From positions 1-43,910 of IMG/VR virus record IMGVR_UViG_3300045988_040029: 43,910 nt of DNA. One strand, 5' to 3'. Below are positions 1 to 9,506 of this stretch, one piece after another. The notes beneath the pieces are model-generated. The model saw only the letters and a program-made list of their open reading frames with translations, did not search any database and was not told the DNA's origin. Positions within the stretch are counted from its first letter, which is position 1. Each line of letters starts with the position of its first letter. Both the position numbers and the translations under genes were made by a program. This DNA is from a virus.

Positions 1-79
1 CAAAATTGACTCCGGTGTTGTTGATATAGCCGATTTGCTTTCCGTTCTCATCGAGAATTTTTAAAAGCCCGTTTCCGTT
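1..79. repeat. Copy of the 168-bp coding repeat; bases 1-53 duplicate the window end
   Basis: Bases 1-53 equal 43858-43910 exactly, and 1-79 equal 43690-43768. Confidence 0.95.
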
Positions 80-2692
80 ATTTATACCACCCAAAGTAAG
101 AGTGCCGCCTAACGCTGCATCGAATGATATGTACAGATGCCCGTTCAGGTAATACATTCCTTTCCACTGTCCATCGTTTGAAAGGATATTTACGATCTGT
201 TCCTGTGTTAAAGCAGTAATGTCATACACTACCGATACCGTCTGCCTGTCTATCAGATCGTTGTTTGCATTATAAATACTGCATCTTACAGCAAGTATTT
301 CCCTTGGTACTGCCAGACAGTATCCTTTCAGATTCTGTATTCCAATATTTCCAGTTCCAGATAAGGCAGTATACAAGAAATGCTTTACACTGCTCTCTGC
401 GACACTGCTTCTATATACTTCTTTCCATGTGAGATTATCTGTGGTTTCTTCAATAACAAATATTGTATTGTACGACTTCCAGGCTTCACTTTCGTCAATA
501 TATGATGCAGAGAATACAATGGTATCTGGATTTAATACATTTTTCGCAGTTTTACGCACAATTGCAGTTGATACATTTAGTACTATGCTTTTTCCTGGGT
601 CTCCTTTTTCCCCTTGATACAGTTTTGAAATATTAAATCTTTTTGTAACCGACAGTGTACCAAGATAGGTTGCCCGGATATCTACCCAGCCATTATCTGT
701 CGAAAGCCCTATTACTGTATACGTGAAAGTATCATTATTCCAAGTTCCAGACACCGAATCGGATTGTTGAATACTATATATGCATTCTGTTGTAATATTT
801 GACAATCCATACATTACCACTGGTTTTACAGTTATATCCGGGAACTGAGCATAGTTACCATCGCTGTCTACAGATACCGTAGCATAATCATTACTCAGCT
901 GTAACGTCACATTCCTTGCCAGCGCAGCCACTTTTTCTGCATTTTCTGCCTGCTTTTTAGCTGCTTCTGCATCTTGCAATGCCTTGGTAACATCTGTATC
1001 TTTCAGCATCCGCCAATTGTAGCCTTCAGAATCATACCGGAACCGATACGCCTGGTTATTTGAATCATAATAGATGTCACCAACATGTTTGCTTCGCTCA
1101 TCATCCGTGAGCCACTGATTTGCTGGATAATTATCAAGAGTTGGTTCCGGGCTACTTGTCCATGTCTGGATATTCCCATCTGTCTGGTTCTGCAGATCTT
1201 CAATTCTTTTTGTGATACTGTTCTCTCCGATAAAGACATTTGATGCGTCAAAATATACTCTTTTCAAATCTTTATCTGCAGAAAAAAGTACTTTCCCACT
1301 GTCATCAACAATTTGGAAATTGCCTGCAGTGATATAATCTGCATTAATACCTACACTATATAATTGATTGGCTATGAACGTTCCATCTAACACAATCCCG
1401 TAAGGATATGTTTTTCCACCATCGCTTGAAATACCGATAGCTTCAGATGTAAATTTCAAAACATTTGTGGATTCTTCCAGTGCCGGCTTATCGTGGTAAT
1501 ACGTGATCGTGCTTCCATCAGACTGCTTTTCCTGGGTGGAATACATGCCAGATGCACTTGCCATGGTCTCGCCAAGTTGTTCAATTTTCTTATTAACAGC
1601 AGACATTTGTTTCTTTACATATTTCTTGGTTTCTTTGTACGTTCTGGAATATGGGCTTTCATAGTAAGATTCTGCTGATTCCGGATCCTGCGCCTGTGTT
1701 TTTATTTCAGTCATCCCAAAATGCACATAGGTTACGTCTGTGATAGGTGTAAGGTATGAGGTTCCTTTTCGATCCTCTGACTTAACTACATCCCCGAATT
1801 CGATCAATGGATCGTAAATAAGTTTTCCGTCCATACTCCGGAATGGTATGCCAATAACAGCATCTCCGATCCACGCTGCAACAGTCTGGATAGACTGCTC
1901 ATCAACTAATCCATTTTCTATCTCAATAACATATCCAGAAGACCCATATAGATACTCAAGTTCTCCATTTTGGATTCGTATACCAGTAATTATGATATCG
2001 TCCTGCGAAAATTCTGGTGAATCCTCAAAATCCTCCAATACGGATACATTATCAATATCTGAGAAATTCCACTCTATCATTTGCAGATATCCATCCACAT
2101 CAATTCTGGCATTTGCACAGTTGATAGCGGCTATATACCCGATCATCTGCCGATAGGTTACCTTTTCCGGAATGTCATTGATGATATACGTACCATGCTT
2201 TAACCTGGTAAATCCCTTTGAGATGCCAAGCGTGGTACAAATATCATTGATAATAGTATCAACTGTCTGGGGCAGTGCAAGACCACTTATATATAGCTGA
2301 TTGGTCTTTGCCATATCATCCATAGCAGTAACACTTATCACATCATCATAGCCCTTAGAATCCGTCACAGCAAAACTGCCTTTTTTGATTCTTGTTTTCG
2401 TTCCGTCTTCGCTCAGAAATGTGAGATAGGCAATAATTCTGGCTCCATAAAATTTCTTTTCATCCAGTTCACCATCCGTATTATCCAAATCAAAAGTGAG
2501 CGTCTTGCATATAGTAGCCCCGATCGGGAATGAACTGCTGCCAGCTCCGTCAAAAAATTCACTGCCATCAGGAGAAATTTCATCAAAAAATGTTTTTTTT
2601 GTTCCATCAGGAAATGTAATGTCCAATTCTTCGTATAATGGCTCTGTTCCATCTGCCAATATATTTTTAAATTCTTCAGTAACCGTAATCAT
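1..2692 (-). CDS. Large tail-tip protein (Tal / prophage-tail-like), 5' part; the gene runs off base 1 and resumes in frame at 43857..42674
   Basis: ATG at 2692-2690 forms an ATGA overlap with the stop of 2689..3069. The frame stays open to base 1, and the ORF track omits it because it has no stop in the window. My translation starts MITVTEEFKNILADGTEPLYEELDITFPDGTKK and ends ...GGINNGNGLLKILDENGKQIGYINNTGVNF. It sits directly after the tape measure and Dit-like genes. Confidence 0.75.
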   Translation of the reverse strand, partial: MITVTEEFKNILADGTEPLYEELDITFPDGTKKTFFDEISPDGSEFFDGAGSSSFPIGATICKTLTFDLDNTDGELDEKKFYGARIIAYLTFLSEDGTKTRIKKGSFAVTDSKGYDDVISVTAMDDMAKTNQLYISGLALPQTVDTIINDICTTLGISKGFTRLKHGTYIINDIPEKVTYRQMIGYIAAINCANARIDVDGYLQMIEWNFSDIDNVSVLEDFEDSPEFSQDDIIITGIRIQNGELEYLYGSSGYVIEIENGLVDEQSIQTVAAWIGDAVIGIPFRSMDGKLIYDPLIEFGDVVKSEDRKGTSYLTPITDVTYVHFGMTEIKTQAQDPESAESYYESPYSRTYKETKKYVKKQMSAVNKKIEQLGETMASASGMYSTQEKQSDGSTITYYHDKPALEESTNVLKFTSEAIGISSDGGKTYPYGIVLDGTFIANQLYSVGINADYITAGNFQIVDDSGKVLFSADKDLKRVYFDASNVFIGENSITKRIEDLQNQTDGNIQTWTSSPEPTLDNYPANQWLTDDERSKHVGDIYYDSNNQAYRFRYDSEGYNWRMLKDTDVTKALQDAEAAKKQAENAEKVAALARNVTLQLSNDYATVSVDSDGNYAQFPDITVKPVVMYGLSNITTECIYSIQQSDSVSGTWNNDTFTYTVIGLSTDNGWVDIRATYLGTLSVTKRFNISKLYQGEKGDPGKSIVLNVSTAIVRKTAKNVLNPDTIVFSASYIDESEAWKSYNTIFVIEETTDNLTWKEVYRSSVAESSVKHFLYTALSGTGNIGIQNLKGYCLAVPREILAVRCSIYNANNDLIDRQTVSVVYDITALTQEQIVNILSNDGQWKGMYYLNGHLYISFDAALGGTLTLGGINNGNGLLKILDENGKQIGYINNTGVNF

Positions 2693-3069
2693 ATAGGATT
2701 CACTCCCGTCATGTTAAATGATAGTTCACCAATCTTTCCGTCTTTTGGGGATACTCTCTTAATGCTGAGATTTCCTTTACCTACATAGAATTTAGCGTCT
2801 CTCCACGTATTGTAATATACAGAAAAGCAGTGCAGTGTAAATGGCTTTCCCTTTGCTATAATTTTCAAAATCTTACTTGCTTCTTCAGATGGAACATCAG
2901 TTGCTTTGTAGCCAAACTGTTCAACTGTAAACAGCGGGGTAAAATGCCCCGCTCCTCTTTGAGTTCTTTTACTGTTCTCGGTATATGTCGTTGTGAACTT
3001 GTATTCCAGCCCTTCATCGGGCTGGAATATTTTTGTGCCATTTAATTTGATATACTCTTTTTCTTCCAT
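2689..3069 (-). CDS. Small distal-tail-protein-like (Dit position) structural protein
   Basis: A 126-aa ORF lying between the tape measure stop and the Tal-like start, with an ATGA overlap downstream. The assignment is by position only. Confidence 0.5.
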   Translation of the reverse strand: MEEKEYIKLNGTKIFQPDEGLEYKFTTTYTENSKRTQRGAGHFTPLFTVEQFGYKATDVPSEEASKILKIIAKGKPFTLHCFSVYYNTWRDAKFYVGKGNLSIKRVSPKDGKIGELSFNMTGVNPI

Positions 3070-3077
3070 AGCTCTCC

Positions 3078-6000
3078 TTATGCAAGTTCGAATGGGTTGC
3101 GTCCATTGACGTTCTGCCTGAATTTTGCTTCATCAATAATCTCGTCAAATATAGTCCTACGATTGATTTGTGCAGTAAATCGGTAGTTGCCTCCCTGTCC
3201 GGACCCAGATTCTTCTCTAACAATCTGCCTGATCAGGTCCTCTGGTGCTTCCAAGTTGCGTCCATTCTTCTGATCGCCAAGCACAGCCAGGAATTCTGAT
3301 TTGGGCGGAATTACAGCGCCTTTTGCAAGATACGGAATTGTTTTGATTTTCGGAAATTCTGCTTCGAATCCAATTTTTTTGCTTCCGAATGGTGTAGGCA
3401 CCTCCCATGGTCCGAAAGTAAAAGCCTTTTCCAGTCCACCAAGCGCATTATTCATCGTACCTATGCCGTTATTAACAAGGCTAATAGCTGCATTAATAGG
3501 TGCTTTGACATAATCAGCCAGCTTTTCAAATATATCTTTTACTCCGTCCCTGGCTTCCGTAAATCTGTCCGTAATACCTTCTTTAATTGTTTTTGCTGCT
3601 TCTGGAATTGTTTCTTTTAAATTATCCCACACATCCGATATGGTTTTGAAAATACCGTCTTCAAATATGTTTGATGCTCCCTCTTTCAAGCCATCCCAAA
3701 AACCAGAAACGGTACTTGTAATATTTTTCCATGCATCACTTGCGTATTTCTTTATCCCATCCCAGACACCAGATATTGTGGTTTTGATACCATTGAATAT
3801 TGTGGATGCGGTATTTTTTAAGCCATTCCAGATGCCGGATACCACTGTTTTGATTCCACTCCATGCAGTCACTGTTATCTGCTTTATACCGTTCCATAGA
3901 ATTTCGAATATTTTTTTTATCGTCTCTACAAACGATTCTATACCATTATACAGGCCTTGCATCAGCATCTTTCCGATCTCAGCCATAACAGTGGACTGTG
4001 AATGGATGCCAAAAAGCTCTTTTACTTTATTCACAATCGGATCAACAACATGTTCCTTCAGCCATGCTCCAATAGTCTTCATTGCGCCGATAACACCAGC
4101 TGCGACCCCACCAATCAATTCAAGTCCAATGATTCCAAGCTGTCCAGCCAGCTGTATCCAATTGATGTTCAGAATAAATTCTACAAGCTTACTTCCAAGA
4201 GATTCCCAATCTACGCCGCCAAGTGATATGATTATCGTATCAAGAAAACCAACTGCAAGATCACTGAATCCTTTTCCGATTGTAGCAAAATCAAGGCTAT
4301 ACAGAAGGTTGTTAATTCCTGTATAAATATTTTCTCCTAATGCTTTCCAATCAAATGTCTGAGAAAAATTTATGGCAATCTGGAATGCACCGGTAATAGC
4401 AGTTCCAAATGCTGTGCCAATGGTGCCAAGATCAATCGACTGAACCACTCCATTCAGACCATTACCAAGAGCTGTTCCGCACGCTTTCCAATTCAGATTT
4501 CGCACAAATCCGTAAGCTATATTAGGGATAATCATAAACTTATTCCCGATCAGCCTTCCTAGTGCGTTAAAATCTACTTCTTTAACTATTCCATTGAAGC
4601 CGTTAGCAAATCCTTTTCCGAGATTTTTCCAGTTAATTCCGGTAATTAACTGATTAAGCGTATATACAATCGTATTTATACCAGTTCCTATCGTGCGCCC
4701 CATTAGATCCCAGTCGATATGATCCACTAAGCTATTAAATGTCTTAGTAAAAGCAGTGGTAAACTTAGTGATCCTTGGTCCTACTTTATTCCAGCTGATT
4801 GCATCGTAGATCTTCTGCATGCCAGCATTAATACCAGAAGCCACATATGCGCCAAGACCTTCCCAGTCTTCCGACTTAATCAACTGTCTGATCTTATCTG
4901 CTACCCCTTTGATCGAGCTGGCTATTGGCACTTCTTGGAACATGTCGGATGGAGATGGACCTGCGTACTTCCCACTGCTTGGCGTCGATGTATCCTTGTT
5001 GCTCTCGTATCGTTCGATTTCGTCAAGTGGACTCAGATAATTCTTAGCTGCTTTTGTTGCTTTTTTGGTGTTCTTAGAGCTTTTATCCAGGCTGGCTGCA
5101 TAATCTTCCTGAACAGCCACAGCCTTAGTGAACGTGTTCTTTCCTGTCAATGCCGCAACAAACATGCCTACACGCGTCACGCACTCAGATATCAGATTTA
5201 TGAATCTAACCAGATACGGCGCAACAGTTGTAACAATCGGTGCAAACGCAGTAGCGAAGCTGTTCTTCAGCTGTGTCAGTGCGCTCATTACAGAAGATAT
5301 CGCACTATTCGTCTCACCAGAATACTGCACCAGATTTTTAAATCCATCTACCAGTGCGGATCTCATCTTATTAAACAGAGTGTAAAGGCTTCTAATACCA
5401 AACAGGTATTTCAGCATCTTTCCGATAGATATCGTGCTCTTATTGGCTGATTTATGGATGCCAAGGATACCGGAACTAATTTTTGCCAATCCGGTAATAA
5501 TACCTCCTGTGGCAAGCTTTACAAGATTTTTAGCTAAACTTTTCAGGGAGTTTGTTGCCTTTTGATTAATCACAGATAATCTGCTAATAATTCCAGATAA
5601 CATAGAGTTTTTGCTTTTATACTCATCTACAGATGCAGAGACCTCATTGTATGACTGTTGCACTTTCGAATTCATTCCTGCCAGTTTTTCCTCTTCTGAA
5701 AGTAAAACTTCCGTTTGCTTACTGGTATCTGGCGCTTTGTATGCTCCTCCGGAAGCAAGAAGATCTTTCTGCTCACCTTTGGCATACTTGATGCTATTGG
5801 TTAACTCTTCGATCTGCAATTGTCTTCTCTGGTATGTTGTAGATCTTGTTCTACCCCCTATTTCTTCAAACAGTCTCTGTTGTTCGATGAGTCTGTTCAG
5901 TTTAGCTGTGTCAGCATCTATTTGCTTACCGATTGCCTTGAATTCTTCGGTTGGAATCTTCTGGTTTCCAAGTTCTGCAATTTTCGCTTTCAGATCCTGT

Positions 6001-6200
6001 ACTTTTTGTTCCTGCGCTGCATACTGCTGATTTACTTTTTTGAAGGATGTAACTTGCTTTTCAAGGCTTTTTTTTGCATTTGTTCCTATCCCATCAATAT
6101 TAGAAGCCAGTCTTTTTACAGCTGCTTCTAATTCTTTTGAGCCGGCTTTTAATCCACTCAGATCTATCGCAGTATCAATCGTAACTTTCCCATCTGCCAT
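3078..6200 (-). CDS. Tail tape measure protein
   Basis: 1040 aa. It has a coiled-coil N terminus, a hydrophobic central segment, many W/F-x-x-L/I-G repeats (DWESLG, NWKNLGKGF, FDWKALGENI), and an 11-aa periodic WNGIK/WSGIK/WDGIK block. It follows the chaperone genes. Confidence 0.9.
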   Translation of the reverse strand: MADGKVTIDTAIDLSGLKAGSKELEAAVKRLASNIDGIGTNAKKSLEKQVTSFKKVNQQYAAQEQKVQDLKAKIAELGNQKIPTEEFKAIGKQIDADTAKLNRLIEQQRLFEEIGGRTRSTTYQRRQLQIEELTNSIKYAKGEQKDLLASGGAYKAPDTSKQTEVLLSEEEKLAGMNSKVQQSYNEVSASVDEYKSKNSMLSGIISRLSVINQKATNSLKSLAKNLVKLATGGIITGLAKISSGILGIHKSANKSTISIGKMLKYLFGIRSLYTLFNKMRSALVDGFKNLVQYSGETNSAISSVMSALTQLKNSFATAFAPIVTTVAPYLVRFINLISECVTRVGMFVAALTGKNTFTKAVAVQEDYAASLDKSSKNTKKATKAAKNYLSPLDEIERYESNKDTSTPSSGKYAGPSPSDMFQEVPIASSIKGVADKIRQLIKSEDWEGLGAYVASGINAGMQKIYDAISWNKVGPRITKFTTAFTKTFNSLVDHIDWDLMGRTIGTGINTIVYTLNQLITGINWKNLGKGFANGFNGIVKEVDFNALGRLIGNKFMIIPNIAYGFVRNLNWKACGTALGNGLNGVVQSIDLGTIGTAFGTAITGAFQIAINFSQTFDWKALGENIYTGINNLLYSLDFATIGKGFSDLAVGFLDTIIISLGGVDWESLGSKLVEFILNINWIQLAGQLGIIGLELIGGVAAGVIGAMKTIGAWLKEHVVDPIVNKVKELFGIHSQSTVMAEIGKMLMQGLYNGIESFVETIKKIFEILWNGIKQITVTAWSGIKTVVSGIWNGLKNTASTIFNGIKTTISGVWDGIKKYASDAWKNITSTVSGFWDGLKEGASNIFEDGIFKTISDVWDNLKETIPEAAKTIKEGITDRFTEARDGVKDIFEKLADYVKAPINAAISLVNNGIGTMNNALGGLEKAFTFGPWEVPTPFGSKKIGFEAEFPKIKTIPYLAKGAVIPPKSEFLAVLGDQKNGRNLEAPEDLIRQIVREESGSGQGGNYRFTAQINRRTIFDEIIDEAKFRQNVNGRNPFELA

Positions 6201-6201
6201 G

Positions 6202-6801
6202 TCATAGTTCTCCGTTCAAAATCTTATTCAGTCTCTCTTGTTCTTCCAGTTCTTCCTGACTGTATCGTTTTTCCAGTTCTACAAGATCATGATTCTCACG
6301 CACAAATTCTTTTTCCCAGGTATCCAGTTTTTTTCCTTTTGCTTTTTTCCCACGCACAGAAACAATCTGTGAAAAAAGGCAATCGCCAATTTCCATATAG
6401 GCTCCCATAAACGTCCACCAGTGCATGTATTCCAATGCACGGACTTCTTTTCCTACTACCCGGTTGATTGCAGGAATAATAACCCGTCCGTCCTGTTCCC
6501 AGTCCATTAATCTTGGAAGCGGTTTGTTCACGTTTTCCTTCATTCCCATATCTATAAATTCTATTGCTTTTTCACATGCTTCCTTGTAATCATCTCGAGG
6601 TATTAATTCGTAATCGACGTATAAGATAGTGGTCATAACGGACATCCTTACCGCCTGCTGTTCCCACTCATCAGCATCGGGTAAAAAAAGATCCGGGTCG
6701 TTCATGGCCGTAAGCACGTCCAGAACAGCCCGGAAGTCCGACCGTATTCTGTATTCAGTTTCGTGGATATTTATCGTTGTGGGAAGATCCCAGGCGTTCA
6801 T
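6202..6801 (-). CDS. Tail assembly protein, bacteriophage Gp15-like
   Basis: 199 aa, immediately upstream of the tape measure. The sequence style (MNAWDLPTTINIHETEYRIRSDFRAVLDVL...) matches my recollection of the Phage_Gp15 family. There is an ATGA overlap with the upstream ORF. Confidence 0.55.
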   Translation of the reverse strand: MNAWDLPTTINIHETEYRIRSDFRAVLDVLTAMNDPDLFLPDADEWEQQAVRMSVMTTILYVDYELIPRDDYKEACEKAIEFIDMGMKENVNKPLPRLMDWEQDGRVIIPAINRVVGKEVRALEYMHWWTFMGAYMEIGDCLFSQIVSVRGKKAKGKKLDTWEKEFVRENHDLVELEKRYSQEELEEQERLNKILNGEL

Positions 6802-7223
6802 TTCTTCTGGTACTTCGCCGTATATTTGCTCATGCGGCTCTGTACCTTTTTCAGTCTTGCGCCGGTTTCCGCTTCAATCAGTCCACCGATTTTTTCAATA
6901 ATCTCTTCGATATACAGCTTTCCACTTGAAAGTGGCGTGAATGGACTCATGACGCTGTAAATCGGCTCAGAAATATTTGCGTTGAACATTTTATCGAGCT
7001 GCTCAGCGAGTTCATTCTCAATCCGTGCCAGCTCTTCTGATGTGTTTTCAGCCGTCTGAAGAGTTGACGTGTCCAACTTATTCAAATATGTAACAACCTC
7101 ATCATATCTGTGAATGATCGCAATATCTGATGCATGGAAAGAGATGGTGAACAATGGTTTTCCACTGGCATCCAAAAATTCATATTCTTCCGCTTCGACA
7201 GCGGTTTTAATTTGTTTCGCCAT
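6798..7223 (-). CDS. Tail assembly chaperone (position-based)
   Basis: A 141-aa acidic ORF between the major tail gene and the Gp15-like gene. Confidence 0.5.
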   Translation of the reverse strand: MAKQIKTAVEAEEYEFLDASGKPLFTISFHASDIAIIHRYDEVVTYLNKLDTSTLQTAENTSEELARIENELAEQLDKMFNANISEPIYSVMSPFTPLSSGKLYIEEIIEKIGGLIEAETGARLKKVQSRMSKYTAKYQKK

Positions 7224-7248
7224 TTGCTTTTCCTCCTATCCTTGTATC

Positions 7249-7749
7249 TTAAGCATCCGGTGTAAAAGCTCCGGTACTAATGTTGTATTTCCCCTTAATT
7301 CTTTCTCCTGTGTAATTAACAGTAAATGGGATCTGATAACCGGATGTATCACCGCCGTAGGAAGTCGGCACGACATAGCATTCCTGCTTGTAAGCTTCAT
7401 ACGCTCCCTCTGTTGCATCTTTCCAGAGATGGACTTCTACTGCATTGGCTTTTAAATTGTCGTCCTGTAAGCGTTCATCAATGATCTTCTGAAGTTTTTC
7501 AAAAAGCACAGAATCCGTCTCTGCGTAATATGGATCCACTTCAGAAGATACTTCATATCCATTGTGCTTAAATGTAGATTCCCCAAGGATGTTCTTAGAT
7601 GTCTCAGTATCTGGGTTGAGTTCAACGTTGTACTCTTCCAGATCTTTACCAAGTCTTTCATATTCTGGGGACAGTCCACCGCAGAGTGAGCCCGCATCAA
7701 TGTAATGTCCCATATATTTACGGGCGATTTTTCCTGTTACTCCTGCCAT
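7249..7749 (-). CDS. Major tail protein
   Basis: The track ORF starts at 7830, but the ATG at 7749 has the SD AGAAAGGA 7 nt upstream (MAGVTGKIARKYMGHYID...). It is 166 aa, and its size and position are typical of siphovirus tube proteins. Confidence 0.65.
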   Translation of the reverse strand: MAGVTGKIARKYMGHYIDAGSLCGGLSPEYERLGKDLEEYNVELNPDTETSKNILGESTFKHNGYEVSSEVDPYYAETDSVLFEKLQKIIDERLQDDNLKANAVEVHLWKDATEGAYEAYKQECYVVPTSYGGDTSGYQIPFTVNYTGERIKGKYNISTGAFTPDA

Positions 7750-7796
7750 AAATAAATCCTTTCTGCCTATAACTTTTAAAAGGCTATGTAGGTTAG

Positions 7797-7821
7797 CGAC
7801 TGCCTTCCGTATTGGCAGTCG
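7797..7821 (-). promoter_or_regulatory. 8-bp GC-rich stem-loop in the leader of the major tail gene
   Basis: CGACTGCC-9 nt-GGCAGTCG. No T tract follows on the coding strand, so it is not a classical terminator. Confidence 0.4.
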
Positions 7822-7856
7822 GTTGTTCATTGAGTTTTTTGAGTGTTAATTGTGTG

Positions 7857-8360
7857 CTACCACTTTTCCCACTCGTATTTGTATTTTACTGAGATTGGCA
7901 AAAGCCAGTCCTGCACACCATTTTCCTGTGGCTGTGTGCCATAAGAATTATCACGAGTGATGCGTTCAATTGTTCGTCCACGGGAAAGTTCCGGAAAAGC
8001 GGATAAGCGTGTCTCGGTGCCATCTACTGTGACTGGTTCTCGGCATATCCATTTACCGAGATTGTCAAGGAACTTCTGAACAGAGAGCTTCTGACGTTCC
8101 TTTTCGGATGCTGTTCGGTAAACAACAATAAACGGATACTGGCATACCTGGTGCATCGTTCCACAGACATCTTCTTTTTCCGAAAAGATTAATGCCCCGA
8201 TGTCTGCATAGAACGAAACGCCACTGTTGGTTCCCAGTTCCTCATATTTGATTGTTTCGCCGTCGTACAATCCCGGATACTGATTTAGTAAGGCTTTCAT
8301 AGCCTCTGTCAGAATCTCGTATCCATCCGCATCCTTGCCGATAGGCTTATTATCCACCAT
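7857..8360 (-). CDS. Tail completion / tail terminator-like protein (position-based)
   Basis: 167 aa from the ATG at 8360 (SD AAGGAG 5 nt upstream; the track start at 8366 is GTG). It is the last gene before the major tail protein. Confidence 0.45.
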   Translation of the reverse strand: MVDNKPIGKDADGYEILTEAMKALLNQYPGLYDGETIKYEELGTNSGVSFYADIGALIFSEKEDVCGTMHQVCQYPFIVVYRTASEKERQKLSVQKFLDNLGKWICREPVTVDGTETRLSAFPELSRGRTIERITRDNSYGTQPQENGVQDWLLPISVKYKYEWEKW

Positions 8361-8369
8361 AATCACTCC

Positions 8370-8831
8370 TTACTTTGCCAAAATCTCAAAATGTGGTATC
8401 AGACCGCATGGTCCTCCGACGCTTGTAATTTTAAACACGTTATCAAATCTTTGATTCATGTATTGATAGAATCCGCCACGGTAATCTTTGTCATTCACCA
8501 TATCTTTATCCCACACACCTTCCCAGAAAAAGTCTGCCCCAGGTGTAAATGTAATAGTTTCTGGCAAAAGGTCATTTGTTTGTCCTCTCCACATGATCGG
8601 TGGAACATAAAGCAAAAGCTTTGAGTCCGCAGCTATCTTTGCGCCTTTTCCGGCTCTGTAATAGCTCACATGGAGTTCGGAATTATCGGAAGAATCTATG
8701 CCATATCTTCTGATGATCGCCCCTCTATCGGTGTTCAAATCGACATTGGATAGCACATGAGGATACCAGTACGCATCTCCTGTCGTGGCTGATTCGTAAT
8801 AATTAAAAATCGTCACCGTTTTTTCGTACAT
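8370..8831 (-). CDS. Head closure / head-tail joining protein (position-based)
   Basis: 153 aa with the SD AAGGAGAGGG. It lies between the accessory insertion and the tail completion gene. Confidence 0.45.
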   Translation of the reverse strand: MYEKTVTIFNYYESATTGDAYWYPHVLSNVDLNTDRGAIIRRYGIDSSDNSELHVSYYRAGKGAKIAADSKLLLYVPPIMWRGQTNDLLPETITFTPGADFFWEGVWDKDMVNDKDYRGGFYQYMNQRFDNVFKITSVGGPCGLIPHFEILAK

Positions 8832-8847
8832 GATACCCTCTCCTTAA

Positions 8848-9183
8848 TCATTTATTTTTCAGCTTATCCACGTCAACCTTGGACGTTCGTTTCCATAATT
8901 CCGTAATCTTTTCCCACCCGAACATCGAAATAAACGCCACAATAAATCCTGCCATGATAGCGGCTAAAATCATATACCACAAGATTGTCATGTGGATATA
9001 CTGCATATACGCCACAAAAGCGGCTACAGTAATTCCAATGGACAGTACAAGTACCAGTGCATCTGTCGGAATCTTAGACAAGAATCCAACGTTTTTAATC
9101 ACCTGTGTAATCACAGACACGCAAAACGCCAAAACACTGATTACTGCCAGAATCAGAGTTACATTTGTAAATAATGCTTCCAT
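8848..9183 (-). CDS. Holin (three TM helices, Hol118 / phi-LC3-like)
   Basis: 111 aa with three hydrophobic helices and a charged tail (WEKITELWKRTSKVDVDKLKNK). The motif VITQVIKNVGFLSKIPTDALVLVLSIG resembles Listeria A118 holin [25 protein letters not shown], which I am recalling from memory. Confidence 0.6.
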   Translation of the reverse strand: MEALFTNVTLILAVISVLAFCVSVITQVIKNVGFLSKIPTDALVLVLSIGITVAAFVAYMQYIHMTILWYMILAAIMAGFIVAFISMFGWEKITELWKRTSKVDVDKLKNK

Positions 9184-9189
9184 CTTCTT

Positions 9190-9504
9190 TTATCCCTCCG
9201 TATAGTCTTCAATAATGGTCTCGATGCCATATTCAATGGCACAGGTGTTCTCAATCTTGCACCCTCTGGCTTCGTCCCATCCTTTAGCGAAAAACGCCAC
9301 ATCAGCTTCTGCCAGAAGTTTAAGGGATTCGCCCAGATACCAGAGTGACTTTGCGTCAACTGGTGCTGACTGGAAGAAAGAATCAATTACTTCTACAGGT
9401 TCACCAACCTGTTTCTCTGCACTTTTGATTGCCTTTTCTCTTACTGCAAGAATTTCCTCATCTTTCTTGCCCATCATAGGCTGAGAAATAAATAACTTTT
9501 TCAT
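9190..9504 (-). CDS. DUF4406-like protein (nucleoside 2-deoxyribosyltransferase-like fold)
   Basis: The ATG at 9504 has the SD GGGAGGTGG. The sequence is MKKLFISQPMMGKKDEE...ADVAFFAKGWDEARGCKIENTCAIEYGI, and the family motif I recall is GWE.SRGa..E...A. Confidence 0.55.
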   Translation of the reverse strand: MKKLFISQPMMGKKDEEILAVREKAIKSAEKQVGEPVEVIDSFFQSAPVDAKSLWYLGESLKLLAEADVAFFAKGWDEARGCKIENTCAIEYGIETIIEDYTEG

Positions 9505-9506
9505 TA

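Noticed and set aside
1-53. The 53-bp identity of the window ends as a physical direct terminal repeat (cos- or DTR-type genome end)
   Set aside because: The identity lies in the middle of a tail gene and inside a tandem repeat, and the terminase is PBSX/headful type. Assembly circularisation of a permuted genome is the simpler reading. I cannot settle this without reads.
3640-4326. 228-aa plus-strand ORF (and 4935..5450, 5611..6030) antisense to the tape measure gene
   Set aside because: These ORFs lie fully inside a well-supported minus-strand gene. They have low-complexity Ser/Pro/Ile-rich translations and no SD. They are typical shadow ORFs of repeat-rich, stop-poor antisense frames.
6798-6860. 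Programmed -1 frameshift joining the two tail chaperone ORFs
   Set aside because: I saw no X-XXY-YYZ slippery heptamer near the end of 6798..7223 (the closest is GAAAAAG). The downstream ORF has its own ATG in an ATGA overlap, so these are treated as two separate genes.
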